From the NCBI GenBank assembly GCA_964548055.1, contig CAZJPS010000003.1, forward strand, positions 1 through 41,224: 41,224 bases of DNA, in the 5' to 3' direction. A program made the position numbers and the translations under genes. Below the pieces are notes generated by a model. The model searched no databases, was not told where the DNA came from, and saw nothing but the letters and a program-made list of their open reading frames with translations. Positions 22,626 through 31,074 of the stretch are shown here, one piece after another. Position 1 is the first letter of the stretch. Every line of letters starts with the position of its first letter. This DNA is from an uncultured Candidatus Peribacteria bacterium (GTDB lineage Bacteria > Patescibacteriota > Gracilibacteria > Peribacterales > Peribacteraceae).

Positions 22626-24554
22626 ATGACAGAACAACAAGGAGGAGAGCGTGCATCCCCAAGTGGGCAGCGCTCATCGGAGACGGGAAATACACCCCGC
22701 CCACCATCCCAGCAAAAACCGGGGCAGCCCTTTCGACATAATAACCGGAGGAGACGCTTCCGAAGAAAACCACTATCACCTTCCGTTCCTTTCCAAGGAC
22801 CAAAGCCCATTCTTCCTACTGTAGGAGGAACTGCTTCCCCTGTTCCTGCGGCACAACCTGCCGTGGTACAGACGGGAGGAATACGCAAAGGAAACCTGCG
22901 CGTGTATCCGCTGGGAGGGTTTGAACAGGTAGGTCGTAACTGCTTCGTGATTGAAGTAGACGACGATATATATTTGATCGATCTAGGCCTTCAATTTCCA
23001 GATGAAGATATGTTGGGAATTGATTATTTGATTCCTGATATCTCCACACTCCGCGGGCGAGAGAATCGTATTAAAGCGGTTCTGTTCACGCATGGGCACC
23101 TAGACCACATTGGAGCAGCGCAGCATTTATTACCCGCTCTCCACTTTCCACCCTGCTACGGCACTCGCCTCACCATGGCATTTGTACGCAAGCGCCTGGA
23201 AGAGGAAAAGCTGAATGCCAAGGCACAGCTCAATACCGTAAACTTCCGTGAGAAAGTAAAAATTGGAAAAATTACTGTGGAATTCTTGCGTGTCACGCAC
23301 TCCATACCAGACTCAGCCGCCATTGCCGTGCACACTCCGTATGGGACGATCGTGCACACGGGTGACTTCAAGTTTGACCTCACTCCTATGAACGAACCGC
23401 CTGCGGATTTTCACCGCCTGGCTGAACTGGGAGATGAAGGAGTATTGGCCATTATTGCCGATTCCACCAACGCAACAAAACCCGGACACAGTAAAAGCGA
23501 GAAAGAAATCTCGCAGACACTCTTCGGTCTCATTCGTGATGCAAAAGGCAGAGTAATTATCTCTACCTTCAGTTCACTTTTGAATCGCCTTGAACAAGTG
23601 ATCGAACACGCACGCAGATTCAATCGCAAAGTATTTATTTCTGGCCGCAGCATGGAAGCCAACATCGATATCGCCCAGCAGCTGGGTTACATCAAGGCTC
23701 CACGGGGTCTCATCCGTAAGGTAAATCCTGCCATGGATAAGCTTCCGGATAGCGAAGTGCTTATCCTTACCACGGGTAGCCAAGGAGAAGAGGTGGCAGG
23801 CCTTGCCCGCATGGGCCTTGGTACACACCGTCACATCACTATTAAAAAGGGCGATACCGTCGTATTAAGCTCCAATCCTATTCTTGGAAACGAACGCGCC
23901 GTTGCAAAAGTGGTGAATAACCTCAATTTGCTGGGTGCACACGTAAAAACCAATCAGGAATTAGCACTGCATACAACGGGACACGGCTATCAGCAGGATC
24001 TCCTCCTCATGCACCGCCTTGTGCGTGCGCGCCATATCATTCCCGAACACGGTGAACCACACATGCGCTCTGCTCATGCAGATCTTGTGCGAGGAATTGG
24101 GTACCCAGAGAACCAAGTGCACCTCCTCGTGAACGGAGAAATTATTGAATTCGATGCGAAAGGTGATGCTAGGCGCAGTAAACAGAAAGTACCCTACCGC
24201 GATGTGATTATTGATGGACGCGGCTCTGCCGGTGAAGGCCAAAAGACTCTGGATGATCGCAAAATCATGAGTACCTCCGGGATGATTATCATCCTCTTTA
24301 AGGTGTACACCGATAGTAAGCGCTTGGTAGCCGATCCCGAAGTGCTCTCACGCGGGTTCCTGTATGGCTCGGAACAAACCGAGATCAGCCGAGAAATTAT
24401 TCAAACTTCACGCAAAGCCTACGAAGACGAACTGAACAGAGGTGAAAAGGATCGCAAAGCCCTCAAGCGAGCGATCACAGGTGCACTCTTCCGCTATTTC
24501 GATCGCAAGCTAGACCGCGAGCCGATGGTGATTCCACTTATGGTTGAGGTTTAA
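22626..24554 (+). CDS. rnj: ribonuclease J (beta-CASP metallo-beta-lactamase) with basic disordered N-terminal extension
   Basis: Motifs FTHGHLDHIGA, VHTGDFKFDLTP and a beta-CASP segment, followed by the C-terminal domain. The first ~85 aa are low-complexity (RRRRFRRKP). Confidence 0.9.
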   Translation: MTEQQGGERASPSGQRSSETGNTPRPPSQQKPGQPFRHNNRRRRFRRKPLSPSVPFQGPKPILPTVGGTASPVPAAQPAVVQTGGIRKGNLRVYPLGGFEQVGRNCFVIEVDDDIYLIDLGLQFPDEDMLGIDYLIPDISTLRGRENRIKAVLFTHGHLDHIGAAQHLLPALHFPPCYGTRLTMAFVRKRLEEEKLNAKAQLNTVNFREKVKIGKITVEFLRVTHSIPDSAAIAVHTPYGTIVHTGDFKFDLTPMNEPPADFHRLAELGDEGVLAIIADSTNATKPGHSKSEKEISQTLFGLIRDAKGRVIISTFSSLLNRLEQVIEHARRFNRKVFISGRSMEANIDIAQQLGYIKAPRGLIRKVNPAMDKLPDSEVLILTTGSQGEEVAGLARMGLGTHRHITIKKGDTVVLSSNPILGNERAVAKVVNNLNLLGAHVKTNQELALHTTGHGYQQDLLLMHRLVRARHIIPEHGEPHMRSAHADLVRGIGYPENQVHLLVNGEIIEFDAKGDARRSKQKVPYRDVIIDGRGSAGEGQKTLDDRKIMSTSGMIIILFKVYTDSKRLVADPEVLSRGFLYGSEQTEISREIIQTSRKAYEDELNRGEKDRKALKRAITGALFRYFDRKLDREPMVIPLMVEV

Positions 24555-24555
24555 A

Positions 24556-24648
24556 GCGGACAAACGTTGTAAAGGTTTTAAAGGGGACAAAGGCCTAAAA
24601 ACTTTTGTCCCTCTTGTCACTTTTATCCCCTTTGTCCCCTTTTCAAGG
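24556..24648. repeat. GGGGACAAAGG / CCTTTGTCCCC palindromic repeat
   Basis: Left arm GCGGACAAACGTTGTAAAGGTTTTAAAGGGGACAAAGGCC; right arm CTTTTGTCCCTCTTGTCACTTTTATCCCCTTTGTCCCCTTTTCAAGG. Confidence 0.75.
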
Positions 24649-24663
24649 TAATCTGCAAAAGCC

Positions 24664-25308
24664 ATGCACTACTCCGCCCTCCTCTTCGATCTCGACGGCA
24701 CTCTTATAGATACCATCAGCCTCTACAAACAGGCCGTGATGCAAGCACTGAAAGAAATTAATATCAAAACAACGCACGAAGAATTTTATGAGTGGTACAC
24801 CACCCCCATTCACTTAACCGAGATCCTTGCTCGGCATAGGCTGACAGAAAAAGATGTGCCAAGCGTTCGTGCGCGCAGAGATGAAATTTACATCGACTTA
24901 CTACGCACAAAATCCCAGTGGATTCCAGGCGCTCAAGAGCTCATGAAGTCTCTACCCTCGGTTCCTTTAGGATTGGTCACCACCTCTTGGATGACCTACG
25001 TAAACGCCATTGATGAGCACTTAGATATCAAAAAAAACTTTTCTGCGATCGTCACTGTAGACGACACAGGCAATTTATCGAAGCCTCATCCGCATCCGTT
25101 ACTACTTGCTGCGGACAGGCTTGGAGTGAATCCAACAGAATGCCTCTACATTGGCGACCAACTGTTCGACATCAAGGCTGCACATGCAGCAGGCATGGAG
25201 TGCTTCGCCGTGAAAGGAGAGTGGTCTCCAAAAGACATTGAGAGGCATGGTGCTGAACTTGTGGTGGGGAGACCGGATGAGCTGATTGGGTACTTGAAGA
25301 AAATTTAA
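24664..25308 (+). CDS. HAD-superfamily hydrolase (phosphoglycolate phosphatase/beta-PGM-like subfamily IA)
   Basis: Motif I FDLDGTLIDT, motif II VTTS, Lys in SKPHPHP, and motif IV YIGDQLFD. Confidence 0.85.
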   Translation: MHYSALLFDLDGTLIDTISLYKQAVMQALKEINIKTTHEEFYEWYTTPIHLTEILARHRLTEKDVPSVRARRDEIYIDLLRTKSQWIPGAQELMKSLPSVPLGLVTTSWMTYVNAIDEHLDIKKNFSAIVTVDDTGNLSKPHPHPLLLAADRLGVNPTECLYIGDQLFDIKAAHAAGMECFAVKGEWSPKDIERHGAELVVGRPDELIGYLKKI

Positions 25309-25386
25309 AGCACCATCTAAGCGTGTCACGCTGAACTTTGCGGGCGATACGCGGGAGGAAGTATTTCTCGTATTCCCCCACCCTAA

Positions 25387-25420
25387 CCCTCCCCCTCGGG
25401 GGAGGGAATGTTTTTGTTTG
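25387..25420 (+). terminator. intrinsic terminator after the HAD gene
   Basis: CCCTCCCC-ctcg-GGGGAGGG stem-loop followed by AATGTTTTTGTTTGTTTT. Confidence 0.5.
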
Positions 25421-25424
25421 TTTT

Positions 25425-25454
25425 AAAAATCTCCCTTCCCCCGTGGGGAAAGGG
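25425..25454 (-). terminator. intrinsic terminator after pyrC
   Basis: The minus strand reads CCCTTTCCCC-acg-GGGGAAGGG followed by AGATTTTTAAAA. Confidence 0.45.
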
Positions 25455-25505
25455 CCGGGGATGGGGGTATTCTGAGGAATTACTTCACCATAACTAGTGA
25501 CCCTA

Positions 25506-26795
25506 TTATCCCTTCACAGTCCTCACTGCCTTCCCCTTCACCTCCCACCCCTCATACGGGGTCCACCCACATTTACTGTGTAGATCTTTGCCGCGAATAG
25601 TCCATGAAACATTTGGATCAACCAAGATGAAATCGCAAAGCGAACCTTCCGCGACATCATTTTTTCTGAGTGAGAAAATGCGATTGGGATTTTGGAAGCA
25701 CAGCCGAAGGATATCTGTTGGCTTCAGTTTTGTAAGCAGCAATGGAAGCATCGTCTCCACTCCTGGTACTCCACTGGGTGCCTCCAAAGGATTTTTCGCC
25801 TTCTTCTCTTCGAAGGTATGTGGCGCATGATCGGTCGAAATACAGTCGACGGTGCCATCCGCTACCCCTTCCCACAGAGCGTCTTGATGCCCCTTGGTGC
25901 GAAGCGGCGGGTTCATTTTTCCAAGCGTTCCAAGCGTCTTGTAGTCATCCGTTGTGAGGAACAAATGATGTGGTGCCACTTCACAAGTCACACCCAAACC
26001 TTCCTTCTTTGCCTCTCGCACAAGCTCAATTCCTTGCTTGGTAGACAAGTGGGCAACATGCAGATGTGTGCCGTGTATGCGAGCCAGAGCGATAGCATCC
26101 GTAATAGACTTCTCCTCGGATTCAGGTGGCCTCATTTTAGAATGAGCACTCACATCACTTTCCACTTTCCACTTTTCACTTTCAACTTTATTCATCGAAG
26201 CATCCTCGCAATGGCACACGACCGTAACGCCGAGTTCCGCACACACCTTAAAAGCCTCATCCAAAATTTCTCCATCAATTTTCTGATCCCCCGTAGAGTG
26301 ATCGAGGTACAGTTTTACGCCGCAACACTGTTTTTTCAGCCTCTGGAGTTCCGCCGAGTCTCCGGTCCATAGTTCTCGTAGGGCAACGAGGTGAACTGCT
26401 TTGGTCACCCCGAAGAAGAACCTGATATCGCACCCGCTTATCTCCTGTGCCCTTCGTACTTTATCTGCCAGCGCTGCAACTGTAACAGTGGGTGGGATGG
26501 TATTAGGCATCTCACACACCGTCGTTACACCTCCTGCAAGCGCACTCATTGCTTCTGTTTTCATGGAGGCTTTGTACTCTAATCCTGGTTCGCGGAAGTG
26601 GACATGACAATCGATCAGTCCCGGCATAATGAGAAGTCCGGTTGCATTAATAACTTCCAAAGTTGAAAGTTGAAAGTTGAAAGTTGAAAGTTCGGACGTG
26701 ATAGATGTGATGGTGCCGTCTTCGATTAAAATATCTACCTGTCGCTCTTCTTGAGAGTTCACGAGTGTGCCGTTTTGGATGAGGAAATTTTTCAT
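25506..26795 (-). CDS. pyrC: dihydroorotase
   Basis: Motifs PGLIDCHVHFREPG and ISTDHAPH. Its ATG overlaps the pyrB stop (ATGA). It contains two heptamer arrays read in frame. Confidence 0.9.
   Translation of the reverse strand: MKNFLIQNGTLVNSQEERQVDILIEDGTITSITSELSTFNFQLSTLEVINATGLLIMPGLIDCHVHFREPGLEYKASMKTEAMSALAGGVTTVCEMPNTIPPTVTVAALADKVRRAQEISGCDIRFFFGVTKAVHLVALRELWTGDSAELQRLKKQCCGVKLYLDHSTGDQKIDGEILDEAFKVCAELGVTVVCHCEDASMNKVESEKWKVESDVSAHSKMRPPESEEKSITDAIALARIHGTHLHVAHLSTKQGIELVREAKKEGLGVTCEVAPHHLFLTTDDYKTLGTLGKMNPPLRTKGHQDALWEGVADGTVDCISTDHAPHTFEEKKAKNPLEAPSGVPGVETMLPLLLTKLKPTDILRLCFQNPNRIFSLRKNDVAEGSLCDFILVDPNVSWTIRGKDLHSKCGWTPYEGWEVKGKAVRTVKG
26156..26189. repeat. heptamer array inside pyrC (CACTTTC orientation on the plus strand)
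   Basis: CACTTTC CACTTTC CACTTTT CACTTTC AACTTT. On the coding (minus) strand it reads KVESEKWKVES. Confidence 0.8.
26652..26692. repeat. heptamer array inside pyrC (GTTGAAA x4 on the plus strand)
   Basis: AACTTCCAAA GTTGAAA GTTGAAA GTTGAAA GTTGAAA GTT. On the coding strand it reads SELSTFNFQLSTLE. Confidence 0.8.
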
Positions 26796-27709
26796 GCTTT
26801 CCCGAGAAGCATAGCAAGAACTGCCATGCGTACGGGAACACCATTACGAGCCTGACGGAAATAGGCTGCGTTGGGGAGGGCATCTACTTCTTCCGCAATT
26901 TCACCCACTCGAGGAAGCGGATGCATCACAATTGCTTTTCTGCCTTTCACATGATCCGCTTTCAGAATGTATTGGAGCTTGAGACGCTCGTATTCTGCTG
27001 GATCTGCGAAGCGTTCCTTTTGAACACGCGTCATATAAATTACATCAGCATCAAGCCCTGCATCTATCGTATCTGCTTGCGTAAAATCGATATTTTTTTC
27101 TTTCAGGAAGCTCGTTACCTTCTCTGGCATGGTAAGTTCCTTGGGCGCGATGAGAGTGAAGCGAACACCAGGATAAAGACCTAGAAGAAAACAGAGCGAG
27201 TGCACGGTACGGCCGTACCGCAGATCCCCCACCATTGCGATATGTACGCCATCTAATTTCTTGCACTCTTTCTTGATCGTATAAAGATCCAACAGTGCCT
27301 GAGTAGGATGCTGACCTGGGCCATCACCGGCATTAATGAAGGGAACTGGACACACAGTGATTGCGCGGTCGGCACTTCCCTGCTCGGGGTGCCGCATCGC
27401 AATGATGTCCGCATATCCACCCACCATCATCATCGTGTCTTCAATCGTCTCTCCTTTATAGAGTGAGCTGAATTGGAATCCATCGGCTGTAATTACCTGG
27501 CCTCCAAGCCGGAGCATGGCAGTTTCAAAGCTGAGGCGCGTGCGCGTGCTTGGCTCGTAAAAGAGTGCGGCGAGGATTTTGCCTGCGAGAAGGTCACTTC
27601 CTCCTTTCTTCAGCACCTTCTCCATGGTAGCCGCCTCTGCCAAAATAGCGTCCGTATCACTGCGCGAGAGCTGCTTAGTGGACGTGAGGTGACGGAAGCT
27701 TAAGGGCAT
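26792..27709 (-). CDS. pyrB: aspartate carbamoyltransferase catalytic subunit
   Basis: 305 aa with the motifs STRTRLSFE, HPTQALLD and HPLPR. Confidence 0.92.
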   Translation of the reverse strand: MPLSFRHLTSTKQLSRSDTDAILAEAATMEKVLKKGGSDLLAGKILAALFYEPSTRTRLSFETAMLRLGGQVITADGFQFSSLYKGETIEDTMMMVGGYADIIAMRHPEQGSADRAITVCPVPFINAGDGPGQHPTQALLDLYTIKKECKKLDGVHIAMVGDLRYGRTVHSLCFLLGLYPGVRFTLIAPKELTMPEKVTSFLKEKNIDFTQADTIDAGLDADVIYMTRVQKERFADPAEYERLKLQYILKADHVKGRKAIVMHPLPRVGEIAEEVDALPNAAYFRQARNGVPVRMAVLAMLLGKA

Positions 27710-27751
27710 TGATCCTGTGTATGTTACTGCAATAATAGAGGAATGTCCACT

Positions 27752-27872
27752 GAGGATTCAGAGGAATCAGACGAAACAGAAGAGCCAGAGGATACGTAAT
27801 TATTCTCCTCAGTAACTGCCGTATAGTTTCTACAGTGAATCCTCTGATTCGTCTGAGTCCTCTGCTTCTTCC
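27752..27872. repeat. CAGAGGA-unit imperfect palindrome in the pyrB/flippase divergent spacer
   Basis: Left arm GAGGATTCAGAGGAATCAGACGAAACAGAAGAGCCAGAGGA; right arm GAATCCTCTGATTCGTCTGAGTCCTCTGCTTCTTCC. About 22 of 28 positions are complementary in the best register. Confidence 0.7.
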
Positions 27873-27895
27873 AATTCCTCATCTACAATCCCCTC

Positions 27896-29347
27896 ATGTC
27901 CACTCGCCAAGTCGCTTCCTCCACCCTCTGGCAAATTGCGAGCCAGGTCACCATGGCCGCTCTTTCTATTGTGACAGTGAAGATGGTAGCAAATGGGCTC
28001 AGTAAGGAACTGGCTGGGGAGTACAACACGGCTTACGGGTATCTGCAAATTTTTGGAATCCTCGCAGATTTTGGGTTGTATGCGGTTGCGGTGCGTGAAG
28101 TGAGCAAGGCAAAGGATAAAGAGCGGATGCTGGGAACCCTCTTTTTGCTGCGCTTCATCATCCTTCTCCTCTCTCTTGGAAGTGCACTCATGATTGCATG
28201 GGCCATTCCCCAGTGGAGAGGCACACCCCTCTCGCTTGGCATTACCATCGCAGTACTTGTTCCATTCTTTACTCTCCTTGCGGGAATGCTTCGCACCGTA
28301 TTTCAGGTGAGCTATAGAATGCACTACGTATTCATTGCAGAAGTGATTCAACGCATTGTGACTGTTGCTCTTACTGGCTTGATCCTTCTCTATGGAATCC
28401 GTTTTTCCACAGATGAAAGGGTGTACTACCTGTTCCTTGCTTTTGGAGGAGTGGGCGCTTTTGTGCTTCTCGTCTTGAGCGTGTTCTATGCGAGCAAAGT
28501 TTTCTTGCCCCGCATCAATTGGGACCCCCAGCTCATGCGCCATATTCTTATCCTGGCGGCTCCCTACGGAATTGCATTTTTGTGCACGGCTCTCTATAGG
28601 CAATTTGATGTGACTCTCATTGGCATCCTGCGCCCAGACCACGATATTCAGAATGCCTACTACGGCTTTGTGCAGAGAGCGATGGATATGGCGTACCTGT
28701 TCCCTACTTTTTTGCTTAATTCCACTCTACCAATTCTGAGCGAGCGTGACTCCAGAGGGGAAGATACTCGTGATTTTTTGGGAACAATTTTCTTTGTAGT
28801 TCTACTCATTGGCATGACGGCATTCCTCTTCTCCTCGCTGTGGGCACGCCCACTCATGCAGCTCCTCACAACGGATAGCTACTTAAGTACTGCTACTCAT
28901 GCTGGCTCCGATAGCGTATTGCAACTCCTGAGTATTTCCATGCTCATGAACTGCATCATTGTGTTTTGCTTTTATTGTCTTCTCACTCGCCATGCCTGGA
29001 AGCCACTTGTGGCGACACTCCTTGTAGGAGTAGTTATTTCCCTTGCCTGCAATCTTGCGCTCATTCCGGGCCTCGGCTTCATGGGTGCCACCATTACTTC
29101 TGTTGTTGTACATTCCACTCTCGCTGCTCTGCTCCTACCGCAAACCCTTCGCGTCTTTCCTCTCAGGCTTTCGGCAGTGCACGTACGGCAGCTAGCACTA
29201 TATGGAGTTGGCCTTTGCTCGATTCTGTTTCTCCTCAAACCATTTTTGCTCAGTTCTCCTCTTACAGCCTTCTGCATGTGTATTGCAATTATTGGGATGG
29301 GTTCACTTGCATACGGCACAGGAATTCTGCGCACTTTAAAACAATAG
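27896..29347 (+). CDS. MOP-superfamily polysaccharide/oligosaccharide flippase (Wzx/MurJ-like)
   Basis: 483 aa and polytopic (about 12-14 TM). The N-terminal pattern STLWQIASQVTMAALSIVTVKMVANGLSKELAGEYNTAY is typical of polysaccharide biosynthesis (Polysacc_synt) proteins. Confidence 0.8.
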   Translation: MSTRQVASSTLWQIASQVTMAALSIVTVKMVANGLSKELAGEYNTAYGYLQIFGILADFGLYAVAVREVSKAKDKERMLGTLFLLRFIILLLSLGSALMIAWAIPQWRGTPLSLGITIAVLVPFFTLLAGMLRTVFQVSYRMHYVFIAEVIQRIVTVALTGLILLYGIRFSTDERVYYLFLAFGGVGAFVLLVLSVFYASKVFLPRINWDPQLMRHILILAAPYGIAFLCTALYRQFDVTLIGILRPDHDIQNAYYGFVQRAMDMAYLFPTFLLNSTLPILSERDSRGEDTRDFLGTIFFVVLLIGMTAFLFSSLWARPLMQLLTTDSYLSTATHAGSDSVLQLLSISMLMNCIIVFCFYCLLTRHAWKPLVATLLVGVVISLACNLALIPGLGFMGATITSVVVHSTLAALLLPQTLRVFPLRLSAVHVRQLALYGVGLCSILFLLKPFLLSSPLTAFCMCIAIIGMGSLAYGTGILRTLKQ

Positions 29348-29369
29348 ATGTTTGCTATACTCATTTCCT

Positions 29370-30146
29370 ATGCACGCACGTTTCCGATCTCTCTGGCCCA
29401 TCATCACACTGCTCTGCATGGGGTTCTTCCCACTCATCGTATCTGCAACACCTGTATCAAATGTGCAGGCAGTCTTTCGAGATGGCCAGATACATGTGCG
29501 CTGGGATCCTCAGGCTGGATCTGATGTTTCCTATTACAACGTGTACTACGGAACCAAATCCATCCTAGAGAATGGCGGCACATACGATGATTTTGAAAGG
29601 ACAAGCGCAGCGAACACGGAGTTCATTCTCACAAACATTCCATCCTCTCCTTCGGTATTTATTGCAGTGCTTCCTGTGGATAAGAATGGAAAAGAAATGA
29701 ACGCATTTACAGACGAAGTGATGGTGGACTTGCAAAAAGAATCTCCTCCACAAGATGTTTCAAACCTTGAAGCCAAATCAGAACCTGCAAACAATGGGAG
29801 TTATTTGGTAGTGACAGCATGGTCTTTACCGGGAGACACATCTGATATTGCAAGCATCCGGGTAACGCCTGAATGGAATGGCGAAAAAGGGGCGGCACAA
29901 ATACTACAAAAAGATGCGACGTTCGTGCGCTGGAAAGGCATGCTTCCAGGAACGCTGCGCATCACGGTGAATACTGTCTCTCGCTCGGGTGTTGTATCAA
30001 AAGGTGTGACTACTTCGCTCACACTCAAACCCTTTGCACTAGGTAATGGTCTGGCCCCTAGTGGCGCCGGCGTGCTCACAGTATTTTTAATGGCAGGAAG
30101 CATTGCAGGATGGGCTTCTATCCGGAGGCACGAACAATTGTCTTAG
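29370..30146 (+). CDS. signal-peptide protein with two FN3-like domains and C-terminal TM anchor
   Basis: The track start is TTG, so I prefer ATG 29370: MHARFRSLWPIITLLCMGFFPLIVSA. The segment VSNVQAVFRDGQIHVRWDP...YYNVYYG is FN3-like, and the C-terminal GAGVLTVFLMAGSIAGWASIRRH is an anchor. Confidence 0.6.
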   Translation: MHARFRSLWPIITLLCMGFFPLIVSATPVSNVQAVFRDGQIHVRWDPQAGSDVSYYNVYYGTKSILENGGTYDDFERTSAANTEFILTNIPSSPSVFIAVLPVDKNGKEMNAFTDEVMVDLQKESPPQDVSNLEAKSEPANNGSYLVVTAWSLPGDTSDIASIRVTPEWNGEKGAAQILQKDATFVRWKGMLPGTLRITVNTVSRSGVVSKGVTTSLTLKPFALGNGLAPSGAGVLTVFLMAGSIAGWASIRRHEQLS

Positions 30147-30174
30147 CGGGGCGACAGGAGCATGCTTACTCACC

Positions 30175-31017
30175 ATGAAGAAAAAGCCATATGCTTTTCT
30201 TTGGCTTGTAATCAGTGCAGTGGAAATACTGCTCATCCTCTTCTGTGTGCGCGAACTCTCCGTGGGTGCAAATGGGCACTTGTCCGTTCGGGTGTTGGAT
30301 GTTGGGCAGGGCGACTCCATTTTGCTACGAAGCCCTTCTGGCAAGCAGGTGCTTATAGATGGCGGCCCCGATCTCACCACGCTCACACGCCTCGCAGAGA
30401 ACATGCCGTTTCTGGATCGTACGATTGAGCTCCTTGTGCTCACACATCCCGACCTCGATCACTTCGCATCTTTCCCAGAAATTCTCAGACGGTACAAAGT
30501 GGAAAGGGTATTGATGACAGGCATAGAAAAGAGCGATGCGAGGTACCAAGAACTTCTTTCTCTCATAAAACAAAAGAGGGCTGCCGTGATCCTTGCCGAC
30601 CCATCCAAAGATATTGATCTGGGAGATGGAGTGGTACTTGATGTGGTGTGGCCCAAGGCTGGGTTACTGGGAGTGAGGCCTCCGGATACCAACGATACAG
30701 GCATCGTTCTCCGCGCCCTCTATAAAGGTCAGAGTATTTTGTTTACCGCTGATATAGAAAAGAAAGCGGAGGAGGCACTCCTTAAAACCGGAGCGGACAT
30801 TGATGCAGACATCATCAAAGTTGGGCACCACGGCAGTCGTACCTCTTCCTCTACAGGCTTCCTTCTCGCTGTCACTCCAAAGCTAGCCCTGATTTCAGCG
30901 GGTAGGGATAACAGCTACGGCCACCCTCATGCGGATGTTATGGAGCGCTACCGCTATTTTCATATTCCCGTAAGAGTGACGGCACATGAGGGCACACTCG
31001 CCATAGAATTGGAGTAG
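30175..31017 (+). CDS. ComEC/Rec2-type metallo-beta-lactamase domain protein (MBL domain only, N-terminal TM)
   Basis: I trimmed the track ORF to MKKKPYAFLWLVISAVEILLILF. Motifs present: VLDVGQGDSILL, LTHPDLDH, VGHHGS and SAGRDNSYGHPH. Confidence 0.8.
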   Translation: MKKKPYAFLWLVISAVEILLILFCVRELSVGANGHLSVRVLDVGQGDSILLRSPSGKQVLIDGGPDLTTLTRLAENMPFLDRTIELLVLTHPDLDHFASFPEILRRYKVERVLMTGIEKSDARYQELLSLIKQKRAAVILADPSKDIDLGDGVVLDVVWPKAGLLGVRPPDTNDTGIVLRALYKGQSILFTADIEKKAEEALLKTGADIDADIIKVGHHGSRTSSSTGFLLAVTPKLALISAGRDNSYGHPHADVMERYRYFHIPVRVTAHEGTLAIELE

Positions 31018-31074
31018 TCCGTTTGCCTCGTTAGGCCTGGTATTCCTCTACTGTAAGCCGTAGAATAGGGCTCA

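Noticed and set aside
22360-22629. 89-aa ORF filling the AT-rich divergent spacer upstream of RNase J.
   Set aside because: It runs through the TTGGGAT palindrome and AT-rich promoter-like sequence (possible TTGCTA-17-TACACT at 22559-22587), and it ends overlapping the rnj start. It is most likely non-coding.
25692-26372. 226-aa ORF antisense to pyrC, and other antisense or alternative-frame ORFs such as 28966..29568, 18927..19439, 5061..5483, 5679..6128 and 37468..37941.
   Set aside because: Each overlaps a CDS with strong family signatures on the other strand or frame, and none has recognisable motifs.
27830-28642. 270-aa ORF antisense to the flippase gene.
   Set aside because: The plus-strand frame encodes a clear polytopic MOP flippase. 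The antisense product is His/Lys/Cys-rich low-complexity, and its acidic tail is just the right arm of the 27752-27872 palindrome.
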